64,000 nucleotides of DNA from Balanoglossus misakiensis (taxonomy: Eukaryota > Animalia > Hemichordata): assembly GCA_040954595.2 (NCBI GenBank), contig CM082580.2, positions 2,780,783 to 2,844,782 on the forward strand, read 5' to 3'. The notes under the pieces are model-generated. The model was not told the DNA's origin and did not search any database. It was given only the letters and a program-made list of their open reading frames with translations. Shown one piece after another: positions 50,651-63,872 of this stretch. A program made the position numbers and the translations under genes. The stretch's first letter is position 1. Every line of letters starts with the position of its first letter.

Positions 50651-53600
50651 GATTGCAGGAAATCAATTCGCTTGAACAAACTGGTACGTGATTCTTTTGG
50701 CACAAGAACGAAAATGTCCAGTTTTAAGATAGTCGACAACGTGAATCTGACCTTTGTATTCTTGTCGATCGGCCGATATCACTCGGTATATTGTTTCACC
50801 AGGAAAATCTGGGCATGTGGGCTGTGTCATTCGATGCCAATTACCCTGTTCATAACGAAATGAACTGTGCGTGTACGACATAAAATATTCTGCAGTACCG
50901 CTTGTTTTTATGATTTGATTTTTTTTTTCAAACAAATGTAATATATCATAGACGAAACGTGTCAACTACTGGCCATGGAAGTACGAGTAAGAATAAAGTT
51001 ATCTCTCGATGATGGGGAGGGTGAACAACTGACGGATGCTTCACTGATAGCTGCATACACAATGGCAGGGACCCTTGGACTGGGTGAATGAACGTCGTCT
51101 ATGTAGAAACCATCCAATAGCTGGGCTAGGTCGTTGGTCGACTGACTATCGTACGATCTCTTGAATGAATATGCAGTTATTTACAGATGCACCACGATAA
51201 GGAAATAGCCTGTCTCAAACATGCCCTATTTGAACTTACTGTTGACACAGGCCATATCATGGCCAACAAATTCGGATATTTTTTTTAATAAAAGAAAGGT
51301 TAGGCCCTGTATGATTTTATTGGTCAAAGTCAAAAATTGGTCGGCGTCACTAAACTTTTGACCGGTCTTCGCACTGTTCGGACGAAAACATGTGATCGAT
51401 GGCTAGGTCCAAAGGTAAAGACTGTTATATCATTGTGAATTAAAGATAATAAATATATACTTCGTACCGGTACCATGTGTACACATGTGGTTGGCGTGGG
51501 AGTCTAAATGGAAAAGGGGCGTGTCCACATACCACTGGCGACAGACATGAGCGAGGAATATTAATATAACTGTTGGTAGACAATGATTAACATGACAATA
51601 GCGAAGTATGCCCTCCGATGAACATACCACGTCTTTCTGAACAGTTGCCAGGTTTACACTGGGTTAAACCACGGTCACTCAACGGTGGAGTGACCGTGGT
51701 TAAACTAGAAACGTGTCAGAGACATTATTTTCCATTTATAAACACAGAGGATTAATCCTTTGAGTCTCTTTGAGTCCACACACGCAGAGACCTGACGCTC
51801 GGCCCACAGACAATAATGTGTTGCGAAAAAGTCCGGCCGGCAAAGACGTCTTAAATCTAAAAAAGATCCAGGACCACACATAATAATTTATGCCAGTGTC
51901 AGAAGCGTTTCAAATGCATGTGTGTGAACCCATAAACGTTGTTTAGTGTGTTAACCAGGACGTTCACACGTGTGGTTTTAACCTGGGAAGAAACTGCACC
52001 CCCCCCCCCGACATTTGGGGTATTATAGGGGGGGGTATGTACCTGCGACGCGTGGTTTGTGCAGGCCACAGTCCCTCTATTACATAGATGGTCTGTGTAC
52101 AGGCGTACTTTGGTATACATGTCATTGATGAAACACATTGTATTACAAATTTGCTGTAAGGGGTAACCCATAATGATATTGGGGGAGCTGGAGGAAATGG
52201 GCATTGAAGTAGTTGACCCAACTTGTGTTGCTCAGTACAGACCAGTGGTATAACATTCGCTGAAATACGCTACTCAGAGTGGCCAGTTGTTAATGTTTGT
52301 TACGCAATGTTTGCAAACTAATGCTTTGTACGAAATGCCTGACAATGTACATAAAGTGGGCTAGCCTTTTCTGGTAGACACTTTTGAGAGGCTCTACCAT
52401 TGTAACTCCAATCTCAAATAGTTTCAATCGCGATGAAGTTTATTCAGGGCGTCGGGTCACCTGAAACTATCGTTCATGAGAGAAGGGGTTTGGTTTCCAG
52501 CAATGAATTCTATTGTAGAATCCATCGTATCTAATTGCTATGAATGCATGTTGATACAAAGATGGGGAAACCATTGAAACCAACGGAACTACTATGTTTG
52601 GTAATATACTAGTACTGTTCAACTCCTTATCCCTCAACTGACAGAACTCCCTCCTGCAGAGGATAAAGTTCAATTCACCGCAACATTGAAAACAAATACC
52701 TTTCATTTGATATTAAAACATAAACACGATACAGTTATCAAGAATGCACACTATAGTCGCAGCAGATGTAAGAAATGTTTTATAATGATAAGCATGCTCG
52801 AGTGAAACGCACAATTTTCAGAACGGGAGAAGGTGTTAGTCAGAAAGTCGAAATGTACGAAATACGAACCACGACGGTACATGAGGTACTCGCTTCACGT
52901 TCTAAAGGTAGACGGCTGCAAATAGACTTGGCAAAAGTGTATCAAGAGATAAAAATGTATAACGGGCCAGAAACTGAAAACATTGATTTAGAATTAGAAA
53001 TACTCATGAATACAACCAAAATGGAGCAAAATGCACCGTACAGTCACTTGTATATAGAAAGTAACGGACCCAGTATACACGACAAACAATGACATCACAA
53101 AGTCTTAGATCAAAACATTAAAGTAATATATGGCGGAGTTCCGATCTGCATTTTTGCCCAATAAACATTACTTTCTGAACAGTCTCTGTGCTTGTTATTT
53201 TTCTGTGTAACCCCCACCTGTCTTATCACTTGCTAATCCAGAATATGTGCCCCATCCACGGATTAAGTGGACAAAGTAAACACCCAGTACTCGCTGACCG
53301 ATGAAAATCGAACACAAGATTTTCTGCATTACAAAGTGGAATATGTGATGAGGAATGGACGAATGCGTTAATGGTAATTTGTGAATATAGAATGTTAAAC
53401 AATAATATACCTTGTCGTAGTAATTCTTTTCAATTTATAATTAAAGTTTGTGCATTTGCTGGTGACGCCCATCCATGAACGAAAACGAGAAGATGGTGAA
53501 TCCCGTTTCCACAGAAGAGTTTTGTCGAAAATTTCTGACGTTTCTCATCAGTTTGTTGGGGGCCATTATTCTAGTAGCTACTAGTCGCTTGGTGAATTTT

Positions 53601-54426
53601 GGTCTTTATGCAGATTCTTGACTAATTCGGTTGGTCGACATCTCGTAATTCTTTACTCATATACATTTCGTTTGATTGCTTGCTTGCTTGCTTTGAGCGA
53701 GTTTCGATCTGACTGAGTCGAGTTTCGAATTCGGGACCGAGCTGATGGTTTCGGTTTCTGCCTCTACGCGAATCCTTGACTCACGTGTTCAATACACGCT
53801 ATAGAAACTGGGCAAAAATTGTCTGAAATATTAATCATGACATATTTAAGCCCATCACAGACTTGGGGCAACTAGTCCAGGGGCTCATACCAAAAACTAA
53901 GTAGTGACCCGTTGTTCTGGGACCGGCATTACACCTGGGATCTATACTTCTGATCATGATGAATATTCACGGTCAATTTACCTTCCGTCACTCGGAACGG
54001 ACGAGAGCTCAATCCAGACCGTCTTTTCACATGTTCGTATATAATTTTACATATGCTATGCTATGCAATGGAGCTTCACATCGATCGACTCCTCCAGTAA
54101 TATAACCTTACATTTTTGTGTTGGAAAATGAATTAACAAGGGTTAGCATCCTCGATATACTAGGGTGGGAAAGTTATCTTGAAAACCAGGGGTCTAATAC
54201 AAGACAATTTACTTTTTGTTCATAAAATCTGAAAGAATTTGATTAGCTGGTTGTGATAAAACTTTTCACAGTTTGCTTCTAAGTATACCCCTTTATATCG
54301 AGGATGCGTGCTCATTCATTTTCTAATACCGTCAAAAATGTAGGCTACTCATAAATTCCTATGAGAAGTCGCGGCAGACCAACTTGGTGAAGTCCCGGAG
54401 CGCGGAAACTTTGGTTGCGGAGCAGA

Positions 54427-54484
<58 letters not shown>
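54427..54484. repeat. (TGT)n microsatellite
   Basis: Direct reading of the sequence. Confidence 0.97.
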
Positions 54485-54485
<1 letters not shown>

Positions 54486-55438
54486 TTGGGGGGGGCTACA
54501 GTAGAGTTTACATGTAATCAGATTGCAATGTTAATATAGCATAGCAGAAACAACTCTGAACAAAACGGCACAAGCGGCTGTCGGCAATCAAGAACAGCAA
54601 TAGCTTGATATTTTTACGAATTTATCCATTTGTGTAGTTGTGACCGTTATTTTGCCATTATTGAAGAAAAAAAATAACATTCAAGATTTGATTTATTTAG
54701 TGGTAACTAATATGACTTCTAGCATGGACGTCCATGCTTCTAGCTTCGGGTAAATAGCTCACTGGGAGGGTCGGACGAGATACAGCTACTCAGGGATACG
54801 TGGCCGATATCGACAAGTGTGTGTAGTTTTCAAACCTACGCGCACCTTGTGGCCGATATCGACAAGCGTGTGTAATTCGAAGAACTACATCCTGGATTAG
54901 AGTCTCTCACAGCCCCTCTCGCCGTCCATGCAGGCTTATGGACTGATTGCATGTGTGCCCGCTACACAACACCACACGGTGCTTCTCCTTTGCCAAACGG
55001 TTGAGGGCGCGTCAGTGAAGAACCTTGTTGTAGCGAACCGTGGGCTGTGAGAGAGTCTAAGTTAAAGCCTGGATTGACTTTAGAAAACTGTTACATAGCT
55101 GATTGGATACACAACAAGTTGAGATATTTACATACACGATGTCGAAATAAAATCATTTTAACATATGTTTTAACCCACTGAGTTTTGGCCTCGATTTTGA
55201 TTACCCACAATACTCACAAGAACAACAACAAGATTTCTAAAGATCCCTGTGGTCGCGACACCCCTCCAAGATAATCGATGGACCATTGGCAAATTGCGCA
55301 GAAGTGTATGCGCAATGGAATTGTACAGCTGATCACTTGACGCCAATGCTGGAATCGCCTTCAGAGACACAGCCAAGACATCAAGTTCGTTTACTAGTAA
55401 CAGTTGTTACATTGAGTGCCCTGAAACAATTTTACGCA

Positions 55439-58400
55439 ATGATGCTCGCGTTTTCAATAACGTTTCTGGGTTTCGTATTTCTTTCTAACGGACAGTATCC
55501 ATCGACGTACGATGAGCTCTATTCTCAGGGCATTCGGGCATATTCTTCAGAAAACTGGGAAACCTGCATCCGAAGTCTTGAAAACGCACTGAGTGAATTT
55601 AAGACTTATCGCTCGACATTGACAAGTTGTCGGTTGCAATGTGGCAGCAACTTCTCAAGATCTGACGTGGAATGGGATATTGCAGAAGATACAGACCTCG
55701 GATACTTCGATCGAGTGCTTAGGAAAGCCGATTGTCTCAAGAAATGCAAGGAAGAGACGCTGGGATCTCGACCAGAAAGGATCAGCGAAGAGATTACGAA
55801 CGAGTTCCTCAAAAGGGTCCCATACGCCTACCTACAACTTGCATACTATAAGGTACTTTAATCTTTAACACATCTTTTATTCCGATCTTTCGTAGTGTTA
55901 GACGTTACCGTTAACAAAATCAACTGATTTATTTTGACTGCAAGGTGTAACAAACGGAAGGAATACATTTTGTTGTTGCAAGGAAACTTTATCCGTACCG
56001 GAAACACAACGTGGCAATGCATTCGATTCAGGTAATTGACCTGGCATATTCAAGCATAGCTGTGGCTGCAGTGATTGTAGCGGATGCTGCAAGAATGGTG
56101 TGTTCGCAGCCCAAGGTGGCCCGCAGGTAGGGATGTGAACACACAAGTCAACCTAGCAGCACCTGCTACAATCATTGCAGCATAGACAGTCTACTGCTGT
56201 CTATGATTGAAGCTAGCATAGGTGCAGTTCAGTAGCTCGAGGTTTTGCCGTCTAACACACACAATCAAGGTCAAATCTTGAGCTGGAAATTTTTCTCTTT
56301 AATACAGCCGGTTATTTTTCCGGCTTACAGCTATTTTCTACATCCCACTCCCTGAATGTGGGTGTCCAAGTTAAAATCACATTGATAGTGATATTACTCT
56401 ACTTTTCTATCATTTTGCAGACTGGCAAGATAGTAAAAGCTGCTACGGCCACTTTCACTTACTTGGTGACGAATCCTGAAGATGAAATGATGCAAAACAA
56501 TCTGGGCTACTACAGAGATATGCTTGATGCTAGTGCTGATGCACTACACGATTTGGAACTCCTGCCCTATCAGGTAAAATTGATCATTCTGCCACTTTAT
56601 AGGACATTAGCGGTTAAAAAAATACTGTAAAAAAACTGGTGAATGAGCATTTATATCAATGCATGCCTTGTAATGAATAGACATTTGTCTGTGAAGTTTT
56701 GTGTGTTTTTAAAAAGAACCCTGATATTCGGCTTTATATAAAATTGCGCGCACTCGTCTTTTTCCCATAAGATTACATTGATAAATGCTAGAAAACAAAC
56801 TTCTACTATTGTTTTTTTCACGAAATTTTACACATATTTCAGTCCCGTAAATATAAATTCATTGGTCACATAAAATCGTGTGGTCATCGCACTCTATTTT
56901 GAGATAAATTTTGTTAAAATATTTGCCCGTAGACAAACCATTGGTGAAAGATGCTGAGTCAGCAGTATTCTTCAATTATCGACTAAATTCATGGCTCTGT
57001 ATTTCAAATACATTGCTGTGACCTCTATATTTTATTACGGATTTTCATTATACATACATAGGATAATCCAAACATCAACAATAAAAAAGAAATGATAATA
57101 CTGTCAATTTTGACAAACGTACATCCTTAATGGACTTTTATTGCTATTTGAACACGTAGGAATTGTTTATAAAGGGTCGTGATGCGTATGGAACTCAAGA
57201 TTGGCAAGAGTGTATTGATAACTTTGAAGGTGCATTGGAAGAGTACTATATGGCACATGGCAAATGTCAGGCACTTTGTGAAGGCAGTTATGAACATACT
57301 GAGTTTCAAGACCTCTACATATCTATTGCAAGTAAGTACAATGGAAATGTTTTACTCTTTGCGATTTTGGACAGATATACTATCGGTGATAAATCTGTAG
57401 TTATATTATAATTATCATAATCCCACTACCACATACCCCCATTCTGATTGGACGAGAGCATAATACATCAATGCTAAAATTAAGCAATAAAGCACTGCTA
57501 AAACTGGCCTTTTTCAGAGGGCTATTTCTCATCAAAGACAAAATTAAAACCCCTTTGAACTATACATTTTCTGGAAGCTGAGTATCTGAACTTGTGTTTG
57601 AGTTGCATACATGTATTTTGTTGACCACCGGAAATGGTGGCGTTTTTCGGTTAAAAAACGCTTTTTGATGTCATTCAAAAGAAATTAGCTAAAAAAGTTG
57701 ATGATGCATCCTGCGTCTTAATAATATATTATTCAAAACTAGAGTACACGTGCAAATAACCGTCAAGTTTGTTTTGCGTTATCTGCTTCCATTGAGGAGT
57801 AACAGCCTTTGCAAGTTAGATTTTTTTAGAAAATTTGATCAAATTCATGATGAGTTATATTGAATCAAAGTTTATTCCCGTCAGGGAAACTTCATCGACT
57901 ACAAACTTAGTCGAATTGTTGGATGGGTCGTACACAATTACCTGTTAAAATTTGAGCCATATGTAGAGGCTGCAGAAGCAGGCCTTGAAGTTAAACTAAT
58001 GGTACATGTATAACATTGGTATATTCTCCTGTGATTTATGTAACGTAATGTGCCTTTTTCCATTTTCCCTTTTTAGCTCATTATCTCCATGTACTAGAAT
58101 GTCAAGACAGCTGTGAGAAAACTATTTCAGTCATCGATGGAAGTTATATGACAAACTTCGTAGCAGCACATTATCATTATCTCCAATTTGCCTATTACCA
58201 AGGTATGTTTAAAGGGACAAAGTCTCTCTCACGCTGCCCTTTTTCAATTTATTATGTTTGATGCAAGGCACAGTTTATGTTAATGTACATGTATATATGT
58301 AGTGAATGAACATTCAACCACACACAACTTCCATCTCGCTTATATGATATGAGAGTAAAAACTCGCCCAAAATGAATAAATGGTAGAAACCGATTATTCA

Positions 58401-61400
58401 TTTTGGCTGGTTTTTCACTCTTGTGTCTACAAGTGAGACGGAAGGTGTGTGTGGTTGAACGTTCATTCACTATACATGTATATCCACATGTACAATAACA
58501 TAATGGGTGTCTTGTATGAAACAAAATTATTGAAAAAAGGGGCAGCGAGAGAGAAACTTTGTCCCTTTAAGACAATTTATCACATACATAGCTCTGCATA
58601 CAGTCAGGTGACTGGAGAGAAGTGGCCACTATAGAGAATTGTTGTCCGTGCCTGTCCACTGCAACAGCTTGCAAACTGTTGCACATATCACCTGCAAGTT
58701 GATAATTGGTCTGTGTAGCATGAGCCTGGTAAATGCAAAAAAAAAAATCTTGGCAGGTACCCAGCCTCGGTGACAAGCACCAAAGTGGCAGGTAATGACA
58801 AACTGTCATATTTAGAATTGTGGAATCTGGAAGTGAAGCTAAAATCAATGAAGCTACTGACACAAATGTGCGTAAATTTTACAACAGACATGCGCATTAG
58901 CCCACTTTCAGAATGTCAAAAAAACTAACACATTACAAAATGGCGGATAATGTGTATCTGTGTCTATCTACATGACGCGTCCTGTCTGTCTAGTCACGTG
59001 AGACGCAGTGTTCAGCTAAACAAAAAAATCATACTTGCACTAGATCATTTGACAGTAACCTTGATTTTCCAACTGGCTAACACTCATGACTTTGTCTCTA
59101 TACCTGTAGTTGGTGAGGTCAACAAAGCAGTGAAGTGTGCTGTCACATATCTTCTTTTTGTTCCTGACGATGAAGTAATGGCTAAAAATATGTTATTTTA
59201 TGAGCAACAGCCAAATATAAACGGAGATAGTTTCCAACCCAGACAAGAAGCTAGGGACTACTTCAGCAAGATAACTTTCCAGCAACAAATGAGAGGTTTT
59301 GCTGCAAAATTGAAGGAGGAGGATGATGAGGTAAGGATAAAAATTCCAAATATATTTTTTGCTGTTTGATTTATTAAAATTCTTTTTCTGTGAAACCACT
59401 GGTCTGATTGCTTTGAAATTTGGTATGTAAGTACTAGGGCTGGTTTCTATAGGTGACTTAACCCTTGAAGTGCCATGCAAGTTTATGGGACAAGAAACCT
59501 CAGGCCCAATAACAAGGAAATCTGGTTGTCCCAAAACATTTTGCTCTGACTTTCCAGAATTTCAAACCTAACCCAAAGGAATGGCATTTTGAGGTAAAAA
59601 TGTATAAAGATAAGAAGTATGTACACACAACATTGGAAACAAGGTTGTGGGCATTCCATTGACAATCAATGCACATCAGGTGACCTTGCATGGTACATCC
59701 ACAGCTCAATACAGTGGCTGGGCCCCGCAATCGCGTGCTACCACTGTCGCTGTCAAGAAAATGTTGGGCGAAAATTTTTCCTGTCTTCCAGTTTGACAAG
59801 GTGTAGGAAGAATGTGTACTTTCAAAGGTCTGACAGTTACACACAATTGTCATGCGCCAGATTTCTCTTGAATATAAAACTGACATCATTTCACTCCCAA
59901 AATAAATACAAATTAAAGGGACAAAGTCTCTCTCTTGCTGCCCTTTTCCATTATTTTTGTTTGATAAAAGACACCCTTTATGTTATTCTACACGTGGATA
60001 TATAGTGAATCAATGTTCGACCACACACAACTTCCATCCCACTTGTAGACACAAGAGTGAAAAACTCACCAAAATGAATAAACCGTGTTTACCATTTATT
60101 CATTTATTCATTTTGGCGAGAGAGAGACTTTGTCCCTTTAATCAGTGAAATTGGAGCTTATACGTCATATTATATTGGGAATTCATTGGCTTTGTACAGA
60201 TAAGTCTAGCCTATTTTTACTTGATTGACAGCTAAGGTGAAAAGAATAATATGAGAAAGTTTGCGATTCCAGTCAAGTTCAATTTCAGAATTCTTCGATA
60301 TCAAATGACGTCAGACGTGCTCAGGCACAGTTACGTTGGCATTCAAATTTCCAGATGACGGGCAACTTCAACAACGTGGTGCAGACAAAGACTGTGCAGA
60401 CGAAACGCCATGAGGCTGATGAGGCACCATACCTGATACATGTTACGTGTCGGGCAGTTCTAAAGTAAAAACATACTCGGAAAAACTTTTACTGGATGCT
60501 GAAATATTGCTTGCCCGTCACCTGGAAATGACAACGCCGTGGGTCAAATGGCCAGATCACGTGATTGATAGTAAAGAATGAAAACATGCAGACTGTGCTG
60601 TATATTTGTGTGTGTGTATCCTCCAGATTTTGTATTGACACTACTGGGGATCATTTATGCTTACTTTGAAGGGAGAAGTGGATGAAGAACATGAATCCAA
60701 CATTGAAGATGGAGAACCCAAGTATGATCATCCAGAAGAAATGCAAACATCTGTAGAGGATCCAATCGTCGATTTCAGCGCCAAAAATGTAACAGTAGTA
60801 CTCACTGCTGAAGAACTGAATGGAACTGACCGAATGGCAGCTGATGGCTTTGCAACCCAAACAGAGTGTGAAACCTTGATAGATCTAGCATTGGTGAGTT
60901 AAAGAGACAAAGTCTCTCTCACTGCCCTTTTTCCATTAATTATGTTTGATACTAGACACTGTTTATGTTGATGTACATGTGTATATGTAGTGAATGAATG
61001 TACAACCACACACAACTTCCATCCCGCTTGTATGATATGAGAGTAAAAACTCGCCCAAAATGAATAAATGGTAGAGACCAATTATTCATTTTGGCGAGTT
61101 TTTTCACTCTCATGTCTACAAGTAGGATGGAAGTTGTGTTTGGTCGAACTTTGATTCACTATATATCCACATGTACATTAACATAAACGGTGTCTTGTAT
61201 CAAACATAATTAATGGAAAAAGGGCAGCGAGAGAGACTTTGTCTCTTTAAGTACTGTATTCTCCTATGGTTTTGTTTGACTGTCACAGAGACTTTCAGCA
61301 TTGTTCTCTCTCTGATATTTTGATGACATTTGATGACCCTGCTATAACCCTAGCATTGTATGTTTTTTTGTGGTGTTTGGATATCCAGTATAAGCTGGTC

Positions 61401-63872
61401 AAGTCATTTTGACATTCCTTGGTTTTAATATTGAGATTTGTCTAATGACTGATGGTTTGCCAAAATTTCCATTTTGCTTGTCAACAAATCGTGTACCGAT
61501 CATTATTATTATTATTAACAAATGCATTCAATTTGGAAATTGTAGGGTTGAGTAGCAGTGTCAATGTGAATATTTTTTGAAATGTGTACATATATGGTTG
61601 TGCATAACAGGAAAAATGCTGATCTAGTTGACATCAAAGGTTTTTACAGCCACCTTTTGACTTTTTTATTTGGAATGATTTGAATCGGTTAACTGTGATA
61701 TTTGATAAACTGATTCTTGACAAACATGTCCCTTTATGTGTTATTTCATGTACTGTGAAACACTTTATTTTCGCGAGTTGAAATTTGTGCGATATCGAAA
61801 GAGGCCACTGTTTCCCGAGTATTAATTTTCGCGTTCTCTTGTTTCATTCACTGCATTGTTATCTTCAAAAAATAATTACGTGACTTTTTATTTTTACGTT
61901 ATTTTGGCTCTCGCGTATTTCGCAAAAATTTATTGCAAAAATAAAGTGTTTTACAGTATTTAGCTAGATCACATATTCTTTTTAACCCATAGGTGTTTCT
62001 TTGTGAAAATTTCTCTTTGCAGGCAAGTGCAACTGAGGGCGACGGCTATAGTGGTAAAGAGAAACCACATACCAGTTTTGAGAAGTTTGTGGGATTACGG
62101 GTTTTGAAAGCGGCAGAGGTAAGTTAATTTATGTGTGTACCATGGCGTCTTCAAGACACCTTCAAGACACTATTTCAGGGAAAAAACCTTCCCATTACAC
62201 AAACTCCAGGGTAAAGTGTTGTGACGTTAATGCAAAACGTGTCTCCTGCATCATCACTTTGCAAGACTAGAGACATGATTGAGAATTCAGAGGAGACTTC
62301 ATTCACGCAAAGAGCTGTTATAATGGAGGTGAGGGGGTCTTGCATCATAAATAATCATGTAAAATGTTTCTTCAATGAACTTGTGTCTACTCATAGTTCG
62401 CTTTAACGTGTATATAAGTGTCTATTATGCATTTCTTCGTAGGAAGCAAGAGCTGGAAGAGTGAGCACTAAGGCTGCATTGTCATACTTGGAGTTAAGTG
62501 AGAGAGCTAGACATTATGTTGAAGTTTACTTCAAACTGCCAAGTCGTCTTTACTTCTCATACACACATCTTGTGTGTAGAACAGCGGAACCAGGTGTGTG
62601 TAGTTCTCTCTCTCTGACCATCGGAGTCCTTTCTTACCACAGTAACAATTACATTAAAAAAATAATCTCAGACATTCTTTGTATGATGGTTACGACAGCT
62701 TGCATTCACACAAATTTGAGCATTTAACACAAAACAGACAAAACCTCTTGTTGGAAGGTTATTTTAAGGTCGAACTTCCCTATAAATAAGGGCCAATAAT
62801 GAAAATATGTGAAATTTGGCAGCTATAGGGGCTTTAATCTAGCATGAACGGTGTCATTGACATTAACTTGTTTCTGATGGAAATGTGTTTTTGTTCTCCT
62901 CTTTGACTACACAGTAACCTATATTTTCCATCAACTACTTATATATTCATTAGATTCACCAAAGGAGCGAGATGATTTGAGCCATCCAATTCATGCTGAT
63001 AATTGCTGGTTAGATGAGGTTGGACATTGTTACAAAGAAGCCCCAGCATTTACCTGGAGGGATTACAGTGCCATTTTGTATTTAAACAGTGAATTTCAAG
63101 GTGGTGAATTCATCTTCGCAAAGTTCAACAAAACCATTGAAGTAAGTTATTCTTTATATGCAAAGTTTTGATTAAAGCGCCTAGCTCGTCTCACACGCAT
63201 GTTCCAGCTGTAGCCGCTGGTTATATACAGACGTTTAGTGAACAGTCAATCCCATAAGGCAGTGCTCTGTCCTAACAACAGACAAGATGGCGGCGACCAT
63301 AATCTGTGTCGGAGATCATGAAAAGACACCAGCTTGGGTGAAAAGGAGGGACAAAACCAGAATCTACTTATAAGTTATATGGTGCGCATGAAATATGGAA
63401 GGAAGCGAAGGCAGTCCACTATTTGAATGCATCGAATGGAAAATTTGCTGGGAAGTTACGTGCATGCACGTGAGACGATCTATTGCCTTTTATATATGAG
63501 GTACTCCCTATATGAACCTCTTGGAAGATTTATCACTACATCAAGAATGAGACAATGCATGTGTCATTCAAATAAAAGCATCAACAATTGTCTAACAGGA
63601 AGACAGTTAAAGATGCAGTCAGTTGTTTGAATACAGGTGATAGAACTTGGTTAACAGAAATCTTTCTCCTTTTTCAGTCAACTGTACAGCCGAAGTGTGG
63701 ACGACTTGTGAGCTTCTCAGCTGGTAAAGAGAACCTACATGGAGTGAAGGCAGTTCTAGAAGGTCGTCGATGTGCTTTAGCCTTGTGGTTTACACTGGAC
63801 AAAAACCATGATGAAAAAGAGTATGTGACTGCAAGAACCATTATGGATACTCTAGTCCACGATGAACTGTAA
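55439..63872 (+). CDS. P3H1: Prolyl 3-hydroxylase (leprecan family), 10 exons, about 645 aa
   Basis: Exons 55439-55852, 56421-56573, 57160-57331, 58077-58202, 59110-59330, 60672-60893, 62023-62118, 62443-62593, 62954-63141, 63678-63872 (1938 nt). Signal peptide, TPR/CxxxC region (CRLQC, CLKKC, PYAYLQLAYYK), 2OG-Fe(II) motifs SHPIHADNC, RDYSAILYLN, ENLHGVKAV, RCALALWFT, ER-retention HDEL. Orthology among P3H1/2/3 is not resolvable. Confidence 0.93.
56063..56215. mobile_element. Copy of the 34071 element with a nested 25-bp insertion
   Basis: GCATAGCTG|TGGCTGCAGTGATTGTAGC ... AAGCTA|GCATAGGTG (9-bp TSD, one mismatch). Confidence 0.8.
58213..58566. mobile_element. TTAA MITE family A, full copy at intron position +11
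   Basis: GTATGT TTAA|AGGGACAAAG ... CTTTGTCCCT|TTAA. Confidence 0.9.
59917..60137. mobile_element. TTAA MITE family A, internally deleted copy
   Basis: Both termini and TTAA intact; most of the right arm is missing. Confidence 0.85.
60903..61246. mobile_element. TTAA MITE family A, full copy at intron position +10
   Basis: GTGAG TTAA|AGAGACAAAG ... CTTTGTCTCT|TTAA. Confidence 0.9.
61753..61956. mobile_element. TA-TSD MITE (Tc1/pogo-type)
   Basis: TA|CTGTGAAACACTTTATTTT ... AAAATAAAGTGTTTTACAG|TA. Confidence 0.8.

Noticed and set aside
55286-55438. N-terminal extension of P3H in the ORF track
   Set aside because: It starts at TTG; the ATG at 55439 gives a proper signal peptide.
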